Source: Octopus bimaculoides
Taxonomy: Eukaryota
Length of the DNA: 37,127 nt
Direction: 5' to 3'
Assembly (NCBI RefSeq): GCF_001194135.2
Contig: NC_068998.1
Location: forward strand, 29,651,447-29,688,573
The translations under genes were made by a program, and so were the position numbers. Under the pieces are notes generated by a model that was given only the letters and a program-made list of their open reading frames with translations, was not told the DNA's origin and searched no databases. Positions 1-10,720 of this stretch are shown here, one piece after another (position 1 is the stretch's first letter; each line of letters begins with the position of its first letter).

Positions 1-1
1 T

Positions 2-40
2 ATCTTAATATATAAAGCTGAAGTTGTGTGTCTGTGTGAA
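2..40 (+). mobile_element. Possible Helitron 5' terminus
   Basis: A|TCTTAATATATAAAGCTGAAGTT resembles the TC...ATATATAAA 5' end typical of animal Helitrons. Only the short motif supports it. Confidence 0.35.
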
Positions 41-370
41 GCCTTTTTGAAAGTTTATAGAAATCCACATTTTCCACTTTTTCGTAAAAATTTTTTACAT
101 CAATGGAATTTTCTCGATCTGAACTTTCCAGTGCAGTAATTAGATTTTTAAAATTCCTTTTACTTTGTGTGATTTAAGGGAGATTTGGCTGTCGTTTCTA
201 GCAACTTTTATATTCCTTCCCTTCTCTCTGTACCGGCGTCGTTATAGGGAGTAAGAGTAAAAGAGGGAGAGGGAGAGAGAGAGAAAGTGATACATACAAA
301 GTCATAGATTAACTTGGTTACATTTTACTCTCTTACTTCTTCTTCCTCTCTCTCATTTAATACTTTTCCT

Positions 371-438
371 CTACCAAATCCACTCAAGACCATGTGGTTA
401 GGAAGCAAGTTTCTTACCACACAGCCAAGCCTGCGCCT
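371..438 (-). mobile_element. SINE family A, internally deleted 5' part
   Basis: The reverse complement reads GGCGCAGGCTTGGCTGTGTGGTAAGAAACTTGCTTCCTAACCACATGG joined to TGAGTGGATTTGGTAG, matching other copies in the window. Confidence 0.7.
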
Positions 439-1335
439 ATATACATTTTTTTAGTATAACCTTTATTAAAATTGAATTTTTTGCTATCGTAATTTTTATT
501 TCAAACTTTGCTGTTGTTGTTATTGTTAGTATTATTCATACCAACTACATATTTAATATCTAAAGATTTTGACCTACACTTAATAATATGTTCATCTTCA
601 ATACTTAATGTCACATTTGTATCATTATTGCTTCCTTTATTTAGCTTTGATAAAAAAGATTGCTTAATGTATTTATTTCTACTTAAATTTTTAGTTTTAA
701 TCTACTCCCCTATTAATTTCCAACTTATCCCAAATTCTACCATATCTAGGAATTTTATCATTATGCAATAGAAACAATTATCGGCTTTATAAAGGGAGAT
801 AAAGATATAATTTTCTCTACGTATTAACCTCCCCATTTTATAAACACCAAGTAGCTATTTAATTCGCTTTGTGATCGTGAGTGCACCAAACCACACATGT
901 GCGTATACTTACATTTTCGCGGATGCTTGTATGAGCGAGTGTACACGCACCACGCAGCTTGCGTGACGACATTAGTACATCCATATTTTTAACGGTTATT
1001 TTTAATACTTTTGTCGTTGTACTGCGTGTTCGTTTCTTTTTTGCATCTATGATTTTATTTTGATCTTCTATATAAATGAAGATATTTCCTTCGTTTTGCT
1101 GCTTTTCTTTCTACGAAATTAGAAGATATATTGCGGAACTGTTTTTTAACGAATTGTGTCAATTTATCACCCGATGAGAAACATCTGTACCACTGGATGC
1201 TCCTGAACCAGTTAGTAAGTGTCCATCCGTGAGGGATCGATGCTAGATGTGTCGAACCAATTGTCGGGATTAATAATAAATTCACGAATATTCCATCTTC
1301 CGTCTTTCATTTACCACACACACACACACCCACAC

Positions 1336-1370
<35 letters not shown>

Positions 1371-1371
<1 letters not shown>

Positions 1372-1648
1372 TCTTTAACTTGTTTCAGTCATTTGATTGT
1401 GGCCATGCTGGAGTACCGCCTTTAGTCGAACAAATCGATCCAGGACTTATTCTTTGTGAGCCTGGTACTTATTCTATCATGTTCTTTTGCCGAACCGCTA
1501 ACTTACGGGGACGTAAACACACCAGCATCGGTTGTCAAGCGACGGTGGTAGTGGGGACAAACAGACACACACACACACACACACGCACACAACGGACTTC
1601 TTTCAGTTTCCGCCTACCATATACCACTCAAAAGGCTTCGGTCGGTCC
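1371..1648 (-). mobile_element. SINE family A, 3' two-thirds
   Basis: Shares the tail GGCGGTACTCCAGCATGGCCACAATCAAATGACTGAAACAAG and the GGAAACTGAAAGAAG block with the copies at 5490-5935 and 14549-14930. Confidence 0.85.
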
Positions 1649-1699
1649 AAATAATGTGTGTACGTGTGTGTGTGTATGTGTGTCTATACCCACTGATGA

Positions 1700-1785
<86 letters not shown>

Positions 1786-1850
1786 GTGTATGTGTGTACA
1801 TACATTTATATATGTATATGATAAATAAATAAATATATACATAAATAAAT

Positions 1851-2078
1851 AAGGCACAGAAGTGGCTGAGTAGTAAGTAGCTTGCTTACCAACCACATGA
1901 TTCCGGGTTCAGTCCACTGTGTGGCACCTTGGGCAAGTGTCTTCTACTATAGCCTTTGGCCGACCAAAGCCTTGTGAGTAGATTTGGGAGGCGGAAACTG
2001 AAAGAAGCCCATCGTGTTTTCCCCCACACCATCACTTGACAACCGATGCTGGTATTTATGTCCCCGTAAATTAGCGGT
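1851..2078 (+). mobile_element. SINE family A, 5' part (tRNA-like head)
   Basis: A-box-like TGGCTGAGTAGTAAG, B-box-like GGGTTCAGTCC, then CCTTGGGCAAGTGTCTTCTACTATAGCC as in the other copies. Confidence 0.85.
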
Positions 2079-2199
2079 ACAAATGATATATGAGCATATG
2101 CATGTATACATACATATATGTACATACCTACATCTACATGTATATATAGATGCATATCCGGGTACAGGACGTCAAAAAACGCGGACAAAAAAGGAACGG

Positions 2200-2640
2200 G
2201 AATATAAACAAAGCACAAAAAACGGACTTCTTTCTTTACGGACAACAGAATGAACACATAGGAAAACAGACAAGCCACTTATGGAACTTTACCTTCATCA
2301 GCTGCCTCTATTCTAAACTAGGCGTTTCGAAGGTGAGGCAGAACGCGCTCTTAGAATAGCTCTTCCCGCGAAGTGGATTAACCTACTAAGCGGAAGATTC
2401 CAGGGTAGCAAACAAAAACCAAAACAGGAAAAATTAAACAGTGAAAACAACGTTAAAGGCCGTTAAGCCGAAGGAGTGGAGATACAGAACACTGTGATGT
2501 GACAAACTTGAGCGGAGAGAGATAGTAGTTCGTCTTGCCTTTATGCTTGCCGAAGGGAGAAAGGAAGAGGTGACCATAGGTCACGTGTGATCAACGAGGA
2601 GTGGTAGAGAGAGGAAAAGGGAGGAAGTTGAACAAAGATG
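2200..2640 (-). repeat. Putative PLE pseudo-LTR / UTR fragment
   Basis: Pyrimidine-rich lead-in, a CACGTGACC motif and T-rich body, organised like 8740-9330. No coding evidence. Confidence 0.3.
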
Positions 2641-2772
2641 AGCGACGAGAGACAGGGCGGAAGAGTAAGAGAGAGATATGTATAGCAGTGAAGGGGAGAA
2701 GCAAAGACAACAGAAGGAAGCAGAACGAGAGGGGGAGATAGGTACGAAGAAAGGTAGAGAGAGAGATAGGTG

Positions 2773-2774
<2 letters not shown>

Positions 2775-2838
<64 letters not shown>
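2775..2838. repeat. (GATA)n microsatellite
   Basis: Directly visible tandem GATA run. Confidence 0.95.
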
Positions 2839-3068
2839 CAGAGAGAAAGATAGAAAGATAGAAAGATAGAGTGCGCCTCAGAAATATAAAGTTAAAGCTT
2901 ACTTGTAAATGGACGCGTAGCGTTCGATAATGTAATAATACAAATGATATATGAGTATATGCATGTGTGGCGCATTCTGAGTTAGAGTGAGAGGTTTCGT
3001 ATTCGTGAGGTTTCAAAGTTCTGCGGAGTTTGTGAATTGAAGCTTTTGAAGGAAATATCGAAGAACGC

Positions 3069-3164
3069 GAACTTTCGGCCCAAATCGGACTTTCGGCCAG
3101 ATCGAACTTTCTGCCTGATCGGACTTTCTGCCTGATCGGACTTCGGCCGGATCGGACTTTCGAC
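3069..3164 (+). repeat. 17-bp minisatellite, about 6 copies
   Basis: Units ATCGGACTTTCGGCCAG, ATCGAACTTTCTGCCTG, ATCGGACTTTCTGCCTG, ATCGGACTTCGGCCGG and similar, directly upstream of the Helitron helicase fragment. Confidence 0.85.
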
Positions 3165-3715
3165 AGAGTCAGTTTATTTAGAGATTTGGATGCTGGAAGA
3201 TTTGCAGCTCAGCTAATGGATCTGGGAAATGGAAGCATTCAGCAATGTAGTAATGGAGACATCACTTTTCCAAATGGCTGCGGCATTTTGGTCAAAACTG
3301 TAGAAGTGTTGATTACCAAGATTTACCCAAACATTGGACATAATTTTCAAGATCATGATTGACTTTGTGAAAGAGCCATACTTGCACCAAAGAATGAAAC
3401 TGTCCAGGTTGTCAATTGGAAACTTATGCAATCAATCAAATCTTTGGATCTTCACGGAATGCCTTCTCAGAAACTGACATTGAAGAAAGGAGTTCTAATC
3501 ATGCTTTTGAGAAATCTGGATCCTCTAAAGCTGTGCAATGGAACAAGACTGATCGTGAGGTAAATGTATCCACATCTTTTGGAAGCAGCAATCCTCACTG
3601 GACAAAGGAAAAGAGGAAAATGTATTTATTCCAATAATTCTACTGATTCCAGCAGACATACTCACACCAAATTATAAAACCAAGAATGTTTTTTATCTTG
3701 CTACTTTACAGTGAT
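3164..3715 (+). pseudogene. Helitron RepHel Pif1-like helicase C-terminal fragment
   Basis: Manual translation: RVSLFRDLDAGRFAAQLMDLGNG...HD*LCERAILAPKNE...GMPSQKLTLKKGVLIMLLRNLDPLKLCNGTRLIVR*, then frameshifted EAAILTG, ENVFIPII and KTKNVFYLATLQ*. These match Helitron helicase motifs (WLCERAILAPKN; LLRNLDPPKLCNGTRL). Stops and frameshifts are present. Confidence 0.9.
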
Positions 3716-3849
3716 TTCCAAATGTCACAGTGATACAAAATTCTCCAAGTGTGATACTCTGTGATATAAATATGAGATGATAGGGCATCTTGCAAACAAC
3801 TCGCACATGCAAGTGCTACCAGTCGAGAACTCCGCATACCGGAAGCCAG

Positions 3850-5090
3850 CAAGTGTATGGGGTCATCAGGAGAGAATGCGCGCTGTTTCGGGGCCTACCT
3901 CACTGATATGAAGCCCCGCTTGCTAGATCAACTGGTTATTAAAACAAGCTCAGTATTTCTCTAGCCAAAGCTCATCGTCTCTTTTCAACCAAATCCAGTG
4001 TCTAGCTTTCTCCACTGTAGTTTGGATATCACTCATGGTGGTATTTACCTTACGATGAGTTAGGCCTAACGATAACAGCAGTCGTCTCACACTGTGTCCT
4101 ACAAACCCTCTACATCCAACTTCGATTGGAAANNNNNNNNNNCTCGAGGAGGTTTACATAACGGTCAATCTTTCGAGCCCGCGCGGCGTCCATGTTATCT
4201 TCATTAGGAACCGTTAACTCGACTAGATTTACAACTTTCCTTCTTTCACACCACATTAAAATGTCCGCTTTTTCCGTAACTGGGATGGGAAAGAATCCTT
4301 GGCACCCAGGTAAATCTGCAGTCACTTCCGAATAGCCGTTCCACTTTTCATCTCTCATAGGAAGTTTTTTGTTCTTCTTTAAACCGAAGGTAATAAAATC
4401 TCTAGATGGTTCTTTCAACGGTTTTTTCTTAGTGTTGTTGAGATGAATTTGGTTCTTCATAACATTGAAGATAATCTTCAGGACCAGGTTGTGTCTCCAT
4501 GTATACCTATTCAATTTATACCCTTCCAAACAGTTGGAAAGAATATGTTTCAGTGTTCCGACCTTTTCGCATTTGCATAAGCCATTCTCTGAGACGTTCC
4601 ATCTTACTAAATTCGTAGATGACGGAAAAACATCATAGGATGAACGAATCAGAAAATTAGCCGAGATGTCGTCCACTTCCATATCTCATCCCAACGTATT
4701 TTCCTCTCAACAACATGTTCTTCTCATCTCTTCGTCTGTCCTTGTTGACTACATCGGATCAAATGAAGCTCTCTTCTCTCTGCTTCTCTTGTTTTGACGC
4801 TGTTGCTAACAACAGATCTGCGTTCGCTCCGCATCATACTTGCAAACGGTCTGAACTGATCTGTGCCAAAACCAATTCCTCTCCGATGCTTCTGTGTTGC
4901 ACCCACCATATCTCTGTGTATAAGAGAAGACAAGATGTCATCAGCCTCTGCTTCTGCTCTCCACTTCCTGGCTGTTTTCACCTCTGGTGGGTTCTGCCTG
5001 ATTTCCGTGTCCTTCGATTCTCTCAGCATCATCACCGTCCGTATCTTTTATTATTACTGCTCTCTGTAATTTGGGGCTGCAGGACCAATT
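3850..5090 (-). mobile_element. 5'-truncated non-LTR retrotransposon with restriction-like endonuclease (HERO-like)
   Basis: Segments ARKWRAEAEADDILSSLIHRDMVGATQ, zinc knuckle CKCEKVGTLKHILSNC, RYTWRHNLVL, RLE motif DILMW...VELTVPNEDNMDAARARKIDRY and C-terminus FPIEVGCRGFVGHS...RHWIWLKR...KY* (TGA at 3952-3950), followed by a short 3' UTR. Frameshifts and a 10-N gap interrupt it. Confidence 0.85.
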
Positions 5091-5237
5091 AGCTCTCCGA
5101 AGGAGCTAGCATAAAAGTCCGCACAGAGTGCAGCTTTTAAATAGATAAACAAATACTATACTGTATAATACTCCATTCTCATTCAGTCTGTATAAATATG
5201 TTCTTGTGCATTATGTATGCCTTGTACTTCATTGGCT

Positions 5238-5450
5238 AATCTGATTTCCAACGAAGACAAATTGTTGGAGCACAGATTGCTGGGGCTTCAGTTACTAAAA
5301 CTGTTGAATTATTTGTACAGACACTAAAACCCTGTTGACATGAAGGTAAAGACCAGCTTTCACATAAAGGGATCACAGAATAGTGAAACGTATTGTCTAA
5401 AAAAGAAAAAAAATTGGACTACGACAGCAAAAGTGACAGTAGAGCTAATG
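5238..5450 (+). pseudogene. Tc1-like transposase N-terminal (HTH) fragment
   Basis: SDFQRRQIVGAQIAGASVTKTVELF and, downstream, KRIV*...WTTTAKVTVEL match the Tc1 N-terminal pattern DLSDFQRGQIVGARLAGASVTKTA...RTTAAKVTAEL. Confidence 0.8.
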
Positions 5451-5489
5451 TATGTATGTATGTATGTATGTATGTATGTATGTGTAGAT

Positions 5490-5934
5490 GCAGGCGTGGC
5501 TGTGTGGTAAGCAGTGTGCTCCTAAACCACATGGTTCCGGGTTCAGTGCCACTGTGGGCACATTGGGCAAGTGTCTAAAGGCTTGGGCTGACTAAGTATA
5601 TAGTGAGTGGTTTGGTAGATGGAAATTGAAACAAGTCCGTCGAATGTGTGTGTGTGGGTGCGCGCCCGCGTGTGCGTGTGTGCGTGTGTGTGTGTGTGTG
5701 TGTGTCTTTGTGTCTATGATTTTCCCACCACCATCACTTGACAAGCGATGTTGGTGTATTTACGCCCCCGTAAATGCGGTTCGGCAAGAAAAGATATCAC
5801 TAGAATAAGTACTATGCTTACAAAGAATAAGTTCAGGGGTCGATTTCTTCGATTAAAACCCTTTAAGGCGGTGCTCCAGCATGGCCGCAGTCGAATGACC
5901 GAAATATGTAAAAGAATAAAAGAATAAAAGAAAA

Positions 5935-5935
<1 letters not shown>
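5490..5935 (+). mobile_element. SINE family A, near full-length with internal (GT)n
   Basis: Head GCAGGCGTGGCTGTGTGGTAAG...GGGTTCAGTGCC, central GT repeat, and tail GGCGGTGCTCCAGCATGGCCGCAGTCGAATGACCGAAA...(AAAGAAT)n. Confidence 0.9.
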
Positions 5936-5974
<39 letters not shown>

Positions 5975-6546
5975 GTGCGTGTGTGCGCGTGTGTGTGTGT
6001 GTACGGGGTAACAACGCTAAGCAGTAATGTAGTTACAAACTTGTAACTAGCTAGCTCAAATATGTTTGAGACATTCGAACCCCTATGAAAGGCATTCACT
6101 GTATTTTGCCATCATGAAAATTTCTTGCTGTAGGCAAACAGGGGTAAATGCATGCATGCATTTGGGAGTGGTTATCTTCACTTCAGAATAAAAAGAGGGT
6201 TGCTGCGAATTGACACGAGAAACAAGTCCTTGTCATCGCTCAACGACTGGTTGCGTTCTTCAGCCGTTCGCTGCAAACGAAATACGGGGTGACAGCGCTA
6301 AGCCGTAAACGAAATACGGGGTGACAACGCTAAGCAGTGATGTGTCTAAATACAAACTTGTTACCAGTTCAAATATGCTGGAGGCATATTCTGACCCGTA
6401 AGAATGCAATTCACTGTATCTTGTCATGCAGAAAATTTCTTGCTGTAGACAAATAGGTGTAAATAAACTGAGTTAGCTCACAGCGCCATCACAGTCTGGT
6501 TCCGAATATTCTTCTAGCATATTTGAAATGGCAACAAGTTTATATA

Positions 6547-6596
6547 CGAGGTGTGCTGAAAAGGTCCTGGCTTTGGATAAAAGAAAATACGGGAGG
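6547..6596 (+). mobile_element. Mariner-type terminal inverted repeat (one end only)
   Basis: TA followed by CGAGGTGTGCTGAAAAGGTCCTGGC, a mariner-like end with a TA target site. No partner TIR was found. Confidence 0.55.
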
Positions 6597-6599
6597 GTA

Positions 6600-8330
6600 T
6601 TTCACGGTAGAATGCCGTATCCTTCAATTGATCTTCAGCTAGATCCCGGTAATATTCCGCATCCATTATAACAATGGCACCTCCTTTATCCGCTTGTTTG
6701 ATGACATTTGTATTGTCATTTTTAAGACGTTTAAGGGGGAAGATTTTTCTAGTTTTGAAATGTTTGGTCTGGCATTGATGTTATGCCTCAGTGGAAATCT
6801 GGAGAGGATATCCATGAACTGATCTAGATGTGTATTTCGTGCTTTTGGCGGGTTAAATTTTAATTTATTTTTCGCTAAGGATTCGTCATTCTCGTTATTT
6901 TTATCAGTAAAAAACTCCACAAGTCGTAGTTTCCGACAATAGTTTTGGATATCTTCCTCCAGTTCCTGATGGTTAATTGTAGGTGTAGGTATGAATTTCA
7001 GTCCTTTCATCAATAATCGAAGTTCGTCACTGTCAATATTTCTTTTTGATTGATTAATAATTTTAAGGTTTCTCCTATCAGTTGTTCCATAGGTGTTTCT
7101 TCTTGGACTTTTTCTTTCTCCGGTGTTTGCTGTCCAGACCCTAAAAAATAGATTCATTTTTGTCTATCATTTCTCTAATGAGCTTTGTACTTAGGTATGT
7201 TTTTTTTTTCTCTTGTTCCTAGGTGCGGGTATATTATTTATATTTTCAGTTTGTGAAAAGTTTTTGGTTTTATTTGACGGTCTAGTATGTTTTTTTTGGG
7301 GTTTTTTTTGTTCAGTTTCTGATAGGTGATTTTTGTTGAGGTGTTGAATCTAATTTCTTCCTGGTTTTTCTTCCTCTCATATTTTGATCAAATGAATAAT
7401 TGTTTTGTTTACTAACGTTTTGATCAAAGGAATGTTTGTTTTGATTATGGTATTCTTGTATGTTGTGTGTATTGGTATGTTTCTTTGTATTTTTAAATGA
7501 TAAAAAGCTCTTACCGTAGTTCCTTGTGCTTGACTGTTTTTTGTTGCCACGTGTTTCCGTGTATGTTGTGTTGGTTAGGTTGCTTCCTTATATTTCTTTT
7601 ACGTGGTACTGAGGTGATATTACCGTAGTTTGCAGCATATTTATCAAGTAACAACTGTTTCTTTTGCCATAAATGTCTTGATTGCCTTTCTTCTTTTGTA
7701 ATATCTTTAATTCACATCTCTTTCATTTTCTCAGCTATGTTTCCCGTAGCTATTTTCGGTATTGTCTCGATAATTTCATTGTCCACCGTTTCGTATTTTG
7801 TCTTGAATGAAGACTCTTTACTTAGATTGATAGAGATGTCTGTCCTCAATTTTGACATACTCAGCGCCCATCTTAGTTTTGTTTCTTCCTCCAGTACTCC
7901 TATAATTTCTTTAATTAAGAATTTACGGTGAAGTATAAGTACGTCTAACTCAATCCAATCTATGCATATTTCAGCATATCTTTTACATTTGTATGCTTTC
8001 AAGAAATTTTGTTTACGTATATTAAGATGTTTTTTTTTTCCATGTCGTCCAAATTTGTTTTCTTCTTTTTCTAAATTTGTTTCGTTCAGTTCCTGTATCC
8101 ATGCTGGCTGTGTTAGGCTTTCTCTTGGAGTTTTTACCACTTCTGATAGGGTTTCAGATAACTTCTTGATTTCTGAATGTAGATTTGAACATATATCTTT
8201 CTTATCTGGTGATTGTTTTTCCAGTTCCTGTAGGTCAGCTGTTTGTGTTTCCATTATTGAGATAAGTGTTGATAATTTGCATGATATCTCTATTAAGATC
8301 ATGTCTGATTTTATGGGTTTCGTTCGTTGC
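6600..8330 (-). mobile_element. Penelope-like element, N-terminal part of ORF up to the start of RT (degenerate)
   Basis: KIINQSKRNIDSDELRLLMKGLKFIPTP...ELEEDIQNYCRKLRLVEFF, then after a frameshift LKNDNTNVIKQADKGGAIVIMDAEYYRDLAEDQLKDTAFYREI (PLE ADKG motif). Upstream ORF 7712-8302 is a long charged N-terminal extension. The RT core is absent. Confidence 0.85.
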
Positions 8331-8739
8331 TTACCAGGTATTTTCGCTCATACACAATATAAACATTTATTTTTTTCTTAGTCATTTTACAACAGTTTCA
8401 AGAACTCAACTAAACTGTCAGTCAATACATTTTGAAATCGGATTACTACGAACGTATGAAAGCGCTAATTGAACTTTATGAACATTACTAAATATTTTTT
8501 TAATGTTTAACAAACTTCAACATTGTAAAGAAATTTTTTTTCAATATATAATAATAGAAAAGGTGAAAATCAAACTATGTTGTAACTTTATTCAATTGAT
8601 ATATATATATATAAATATGTATATATATACTCTTTCCCTCTCTCTTATTCTTCAGTCCCTCCACCCGTTCTTTCTCTTTCCGTGCTCCTCCCCTTCCCTC
8701 TTTCCTTGCCTACTCCCTCCACCTTCTACCATTCTTCCT

Positions 8740-9330
8740 CGCTCCTACCACGTGACCGGTGTCTAGTCAAGGTGTGTCCTTCTTTTTCGGCCTGCCGCTG
8801 GCCAAACTGCACACGTGTGCCTACTGTTCGCTAAGTACTTTTTTCTAGTTCTTTGCGCTAAATTACTACAGGCGCTTTTTGTTAGGACTGCACATGTATA
8901 ATTATTCTTTTTGCCATTGTATAGCCGAAAGGCATTTTCTATTGTTATTGTATCGTTCCATGTCTGTTATATCTTCGTCATTAGTTTTCTTGTTGTACAC
9001 ACTTATGTTATTTTGTTCTGTCTTCGTATAGTTTCGTTAGCTTTTCCCTAAAGCTTAATGTTCTGGTGCCTCTGTGATAATAGTGGTCTTGGTTTTAAAG
9101 GGCGCGAAACAACGAAGACCTGTCGGAAACCAACTGATGAGAAAAATCCGTTGCGTATATTCCTGGTATCATGTTTTTGTTTCCTTTTCCTGTCTGTTCT
9201 GTTTTTGTCTCCTATTTCCGTCCATTATGCTTTCACCCAATTTTCGTCTAGGTTTTCTTTTGTATTCTTTCTGTTTAACCTTTCGAATATACATATATAT
9301 ATATATAATGCTGCAGTTAAAGCACATAAG
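8740..9330 (+). repeat. Putative PLE pseudo-LTR / UTR fragment
   Basis: CACGTGACCGG after a pyrimidine tract and a T-rich body, organised like 2200-2640 (minus). Identity is uncertain. Confidence 0.25.
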
Positions 9331-10216
9331 TGTATGCATATCTACTGACAGAGACCGTAATCGCCCAAAAGCCCCTGTCTAGAATTCCCTATACTGATAG
9401 GTCAGTTTCGGCTAATTCCATAGCCTCATCAATAAGAAGCGCTCGACTAGGCTTATTCCGGACTTACTTATATGTCTGTCTGTCCTGTCTGTCCTGTCTG
9501 TCTATCTGTCTGTATGTATGCATGCATATATATATATATCCCGACCACGAGCTGGCATACACAGGTGCTTACAATTGTCAAGTATTACCTCTAACATTTA
9601 CTTTACCTATATATATATATATATATATACATACATAAACTGAAATAGCCAATAGGCATCCATACCAGTAAACGCATATATCAATATATAAAAATTCGAT
9701 AACCTTTTGCTAACATGCATACACACTTACGCACACATAAATCAACTTAGACAGCAAGCATCTATATAAGCATACGCTGAAATAAACGGTGGTTATCCAT
9801 ACTTGTAAACGCATATATAAATGAATAAACTGATTTGATTCGCTAACCTCATACTAACACACATACACACATACGCACACATAAATTAACTTAGGCAGTA
9901 AGCCTCCGTACGTGCGGAACACACCGGACGTGTTTTCGAACGCGCCAAGTAAGTTCAGTTCAAAATATTTATTTACCTCAGGATTGGTGTCTTTTTTAAT
10001 ACTTATTTTATTCTAAGTTGTGAATAGAAACACCAGGGACCTATTACTGGTTTTCTGTGGTTGTTTAGCGACTAGATGCGCGATATTCGGCCTGCCAAAT
10101 AATTTCGGTGGGTGTTAATTTAATTGAATTAAATACAACTCAACAAGATTGCGGAGCGTGTCTTGAAGGAGTTGAGAAGAAAGAACACATAGGCGGCAAA
10201 CATCTATATAAACACG

Positions 10217-10221
<5 letters not shown>

Positions 10222-10292
<71 letters not shown>
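10222..10292. repeat. (CA)n microsatellite
   Basis: Directly visible. Confidence 0.95.
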
Positions 10293-10296
<4 letters not shown>

Positions 10297-10589
10297 TACA
10301 CACACACATACATACTCATGCATAAACTGAAATAAATGATGGAATCCATACTTGTAAACGCATATATAAATACCATAAATCCGACAAATGCTGAAGACTC
10401 CCCCTCCCCCCGTTGCTGTCTACAATACAGAGGATGGGGAGGAGAAAAACGAGACAGTACAAAGTCCAATAGTAATTGCAGTGACAGCAACAGCGGTAAC
10501 AGTGACAAATGCAGCAGCCGCAACATTAATAGCTGCCGCAGTATTAGTAGTAGTGACAGTAACACCATCAACGAAAGAGACTACAACGG

Positions 10590-10720
10590 CAATAGCAACA
10601 ACAACAACAACTATGATAGCAAAAGTGACAACAGCAACAACAACAAAACCAATACCAACAACAACAATAACAACGGTAGCAGCAGCAGCAACAACAACAA
10701 CAACGAGAACATTACCAACA
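10590..10720. repeat. Imperfect (AAC/AGC)n trinucleotide tract
   Basis: Directly visible. It explains the poly-N, poly-T and poly-V ORFs in the track. Confidence 0.85.

Noticed and set aside
8385-8472. Partial hammerhead words near the 5' end of the 6.6-8.3 kb PLE (GAAAGCGCTA on +, GAAACTGTTGTA on -)
   Set aside because: No matching CUGANGA core is correctly placed with stem I on either strand.
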